This document shows, one piece after another, positions 24,811 to 28,999 of a stretch of 28,999 nt of DNA (the first letter of the stretch is position 1; the number at the start of each line of letters is the position of its first letter). Origin of the DNA: Salpingoeca rosetta. Taxonomy: Eukaryota > Protista > Choanoflagellata. The notes below the pieces were generated by a model. That model searched no databases and was not told the origin of the DNA. It worked only from the letters and a program-made list of their open reading frames with translations. The stretch spans positions 922,143 through 951,141 of the forward strand of contig JAWQFM010000019.1 of the NCBI GenBank assembly GCA_033442325.1. Reading direction: 5' to 3'. Made by a program: the position numbers and the translations under genes.

Positions 24811-27800
24811 TCAGACCTCGGAGTGGATGGGTGGCGGCGGCTGCTGGCGCTTGTCGTTCCACATGAGCCCGGCGAGCGCGATGCCAGCGACGAGGATGGC
24901 CATGCCAATACCGAAGATGACCCAGGATGTGGTGGTGTTGAGGCCGCCGCTTCCGTCGCTGTTGTTGTTGTCGTTGGGCGGCGCTGTTGCGTTTGCATCG
25001 CACGTCAGGTTCTCTGCTGGTTGTTTCGTCACCTTTGCAGATGGCGGCGGGTACGTGAATGCACCGCACTCTTCGCTCGTCAGCGCAAAATTGTCTGGAT
25101 GTGGTGGTGGTGAGGAGAGAGGGGGGGGGGGGTGTGAGAGAGTTATACAAGGTGGGTGAGAGTGAGGGAGATGAGTGAGTGAGACAAACTGGAGAGGTAA
25201 GAGGTGAAGGGATGTTAGAGGTGGGAGGGTGATGTCACTTGACCAACAGGAGAATAGCAAGACATGTATACCAGTGCATGTACCATTTGAGTCGCCGGTG
25301 AGGGTGGGGTACATGACAAAGTCTTTGCTCATCGAGTTGTGCTCAAGGCCGACATTGTGGCCAGTCTGTTGAATTGTGGAACAGTAAGGAGGAAGAGAGA
25401 TGGGGTGAGACGGCATGAGAGCTCCAAAGGGAAACTTCGGCACGAAGGAAGAAATGCATGTAGGCAAGATGTGCAAAGGGAGGGGGGTGGCGAAACACAC
25501 ACACACACATACACATACACACACACACATGAAACAAAATGCATGCAGAATAACACGTCACCACCTCATGGAGCCAGAGCCGTGCATCGCGCTCGTAGTT
25601 TGCGAGGCGGACAAGGATCTGCGTGTCGCCGCCAACGGGCGCACAGCCAATGACGTTGGAGGCCGGTTGGCCACAGTAGTTTAGCGCATTGATCGCCTTT
25701 GTGTGTGTATATGTGTGTGTGTATGTGCGTATGAGTGTGTCATGAGTGTCAAAAGTATCGCTGGTGCGTGAGTGAAACAACGGCAAGAAGCTTGAAAGAA
25801 AGCAGCGTGTGCTCGGCGGTGGCGCATCGCAGGTGATTCGACGTGCATTGCGCTGTGTTGCATCCCAAACAAACACAAACACAAACACAAGGCAAGTCAC
25901 AAGCATACAGCACATACCTTGACTCGACCACAGTTGCGGTTGAAGACGTTGTCGGCCTCTTGTTGGTTATCGACGACACTTAGCCCGTCGCCCTCGTACC
26001 CAAAGGGGCTGCCTTGCCCCCCATTCTGGAACCCCACGCAGCACGCGGTGTCAAAGGAGGCCTGCGCGCCAATGGTGATGGCGGACATTTCGTCCGCAAT
26101 GTTTGTGACGAGCTCGCTTGTGAAGGGGTCGGAGATGGCGCGGTGCTGGCACCACGTCATCTGAATGGCGAGTACCGCTGGTGAGGCGAGAAACATCGTG
26201 AGCTTGCATGTGTGCGTGTGTAGTTGTGTTTGTTTGTGTATGTTTGTTTGTGTGTGTGTATGTTTGTTTGTGTGTGTGTGTGTGTTTGTGTGTGTGTGCG
26301 TGTTTGTGTGTGTGTGCGTGTGTGTGTGTGTATGTTTGATTGTGTGTATGTGTGTGTGTGCGTGTGTGGTTGTGTGCGTGTGTGTGTGTGTGTGGATGTG
26401 TGTAGTTGTGTGTGCTTGCGTGGGTGGGTGTGCATGTATATGTGCATAGATGAGTGTGCTTGCTCGTAGTGTTGTGTGTATTTCTTGCACTGTGTGTGTT
26501 CCATCTCTCAGTTCGCTTCAAGGCGGTGTGCGGATGGCTCATGGTGTCATTCCGCGTGGACTCAAAACACAGCACAAGACATCTTGCGTGCACGCTGGCA
26601 CTCACCCTCGCTGTCGTCCGTGTCATCGTCACCGATGTTGATCAAGGCCTCGTCGTTGCGCTCGCGTGGCGAAAATGAGAAGAACCCGTCCCCGTAGTCT
26701 GTTCAAAGCAAAGGGACGAAAGGATGTGAGTGGGGACCCGGGATACGCGAAAAGCGGAGTGCGTGAAGGCAGCATGCAGACTTTGGACAGAAGAGAAACA
26801 CAAGAAGAAGCAGACGCAGGCAGACGCAGACGCAGGCAGGGGAATAGGTGCTGGGAAATGTGTGTGTGGGGGGGGAGCACAGCAACTTGGAAACAAGTGC
26901 GTGCCGTCCAGGCAGCACGCAGTCGTAAACACGCACATACACCAGCGCAACTACACACATAGTTACGCGCACAGCTGTACATGCGCACACAGCTGCAAAC
27001 ACACGCGCAGGTGTAAACACACACATACGCACACAAAAGCACACACATACGCACACAAAAGCACATACACACATACACACATAAAAGCACATACACACAT
27101 ACACACAGACACAGACACACATACAGATACAGACACACATACACACGCATGGTACCGTGTTGATTATCCAGGTCTCGATGAATGCCGTCCTCCACTTCAC
27201 GCTCCAGGGCTGTGGAGATGTCTCGCAGCACCTCTGCCAAGTCGCTGTTGCCGGGAAGGCCGTTCACACCCGTGCGGACGCGTTCAATACCAGTCATGGC
27301 AACGCTGTTGTTGTCAAACGCCAGGCCGCGCACGAGCTGCTTGACCAAGGCCACGGCAGCCTCCACCTGTTCTTCGCGCCGCGAGGAGAGCTTCGGCAGA
27401 ATGCGGTGAATGGGGCTGACAAGCGGCAGGTTGAGGTCTGCCAGCAGCTCCAGGGCAAACGCGCGCGCTTTGGCGGACTGACGCAGCTGTATCATCAGGC
27501 CGAGCGCATGCGGAATAAGCAGTGCCGAGCGCCGTGCGGCCGGGGTGGCAGCCGTGGAAAACCCGGTCCAATAGTCGCGCAACGCGTCCACGCCGCTGTC
27601 GGAGTCGTTGGAAAGGTAGCCAAGGAACACGACTGTGTTGTCTTGGTGCGCAAAACCGTCACCCATATCGAGAATGTCAATCAAGTGTGGGATGCCGCTG
27701 CGGTTCAACAGCCGCTCCACCATGGGCCGTGTCACGCCATAGAAGTAGGTTCGGTTCATCACGTCCAGCACATACTCTGGGTCGCTGCTGCGGTCGTTGT

Positions 27801-27918
27801 CTTGTCCCGCAGCAAGGGCAACCCCTGTGCCCTTGCGCAAGCCGAGCGACGCGGCCAGGACGGCCACGGCCACCGTCAGGAACAGAGCGCGTGTCATCAC
27901 AGGTGCGTGTGTCTGCAT
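24811..27918 (-). CDS. Membrane-anchored metzincin (matrixin-like) zinc metalloprotease, 537 aa. Predicted exons 27918-27156, 26698-26606, 26177-25918, 25696-25565, 25365-25284, 25094-24811
   Basis: Signal peptide ([17 protein letters not shown]). Splicing reconstructs LWLHE|TGHNVGLEH (HExxHxxGxxH), followed by the Met-turn FVMYP. TM helix [22 protein letters not shown]. Intron phases match; total length 1,614 nt. Confidence 0.85.
26209..26445. repeat. Degenerate (GT)n/(GTTT)n intronic low-complexity tract
   Basis: Directly visible. Confidence 0.9.
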
Positions 27919-28546
27919 GCTCTTTGGGTGTGTGTGTGTGTGTGTGTGGTGCTTATGTGCTGATATGTGCCTGTCTTGTTGCGTTGTGTCTTTGTGCGCC
28001 TTTGCTTGCTTTGTTGCTTGTTGTGTTGGTTGGTTGATTGGTCTGCTGTCCTTCTTCTTCGTTTGCTTTCCTTTTGTTGGTGCGATAATTGCTGGAGGTA
28101 CCGCAGATATTCTTCACAGCAAGCAGCACATGGTGTCGCAAGCGGTCGAATATTCGGCGCTCCGATGTGCCGAGTTTGGGCGCGTTGCAAGCGCGTTTGG
28201 CCCATGTTCCCGCGTTGTGGTGTGTTTTGAGAGGCATGAGAAGATGTTTACCGCCAGTCTTCAGAGTGACGCGCATGTGGTTTGTTGTTGTGTGTTGTGT
28301 GAAGTGTGAATTGGTGAGTTGTGTATGATGTGTGGCATGATGTGACGCCGTTCCCACACACGGCAAAGGTGGCGAAGCTGCAAGCTACGTGCTGTCCTTC
28401 TTGGTGGAGACAACAGTCCCACACAGTGAACGAACATATTGATATGCCGCCCACACCATCACATCATGCCTGGTGGTTGCCGACGCTTGGTGCGGGTATC
28501 GTTGCGCAGCAACACACACGTGCGAATGAGTGTTGTGTGTGTGTGT

Positions 28547-28603
<57 letters not shown>

Positions 28604-28906
28604 CGTGTGCGTGTGTTGTGTGTGTGTGTGTGCGTGTGTGTGTTGTGTTGTGTTGTGTTGTGCGTGTGTGTGTGTGTGTCTGTCCCACTGAGAGGGGTGG
28701 TGGCGAAAGCACACAAACTCCCACACCGCACTGAGGGTCAACATGCACTGGAACAGAAACAACATCGGGAGGGCGCGAAGCTGCAAGCAAACGCCAAGCC
28801 CACACCAAGCAAAGCTGCGTGAAATGATGTGATGAGCCAGCCACACAGCGCATTTTCTTTCCTTCCGCAAGTACAGCACCCTCGAGGGCGCCGTCACACC
28901 TCAAGA

Positions 28907-28907
<1 letters not shown>

Positions 28908-28995
<88 letters not shown>
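28908..28995. repeat. (CA)n microsatellite
   Basis: Directly visible. Confidence 0.97.
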
Positions 28996-28998
<3 letters not shown>

Positions 28999-28999
28999 A

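Noticed and set aside
27919-28999. Cys/Val- and His/Thr-rich ORFs, and a possible short exon near 28870-28905
   Set aside because: Mostly microsatellite translations; there is too little sequence to support a gene call at the window edge.

Overview
Eukaryotic, intron-dense DNA with (CA)n/(GT)n-filled introns and three N-gaps. The style suggests a choanoflagellate such as Salpingoeca rosetta; this is inference, not confirmed. Splicing by hand at GT/AG junctions gives four genes. (1) The 3' part of argininosuccinate lyase (+, to 2189). (2) A giant type I membrane protein (-, 12380 to 2540, at least ~2,070 aa): signal peptide, dermatopontin-like domain, six-Cys sushi, Ca-EGF, FN3-like region, Thr-rich stalk, 2 PAN/apple-like modules, a ~1,200 aa almost intron-free bacterial-looking block, SEA-like domain, TM helix, and a Tyr-containing tail ending S-H-V. 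(3) Head-to-head with it, a 30-exon secreted protein (+, 13671-23820, 1,455 aa): two dermatopontin-like domains plus a degenerate third, seven six-Cys sushi modules, two defensin/WSC-like Cys modules, a Thr stalk and an intronless NHL propeller. (4) A membrane-anchored metzincin protease (-, 27918 to 24811, 537 aa) ending S-E-V. The main candidate system is the divergent pair of dermatopontin-sushi paralogues, one anchored and one secreted, next to a possible sheddase. Most ORFs in the supplied track are microsatellite or antisense artefacts. All domain calls come from motif recognition by eye; no searches were run.
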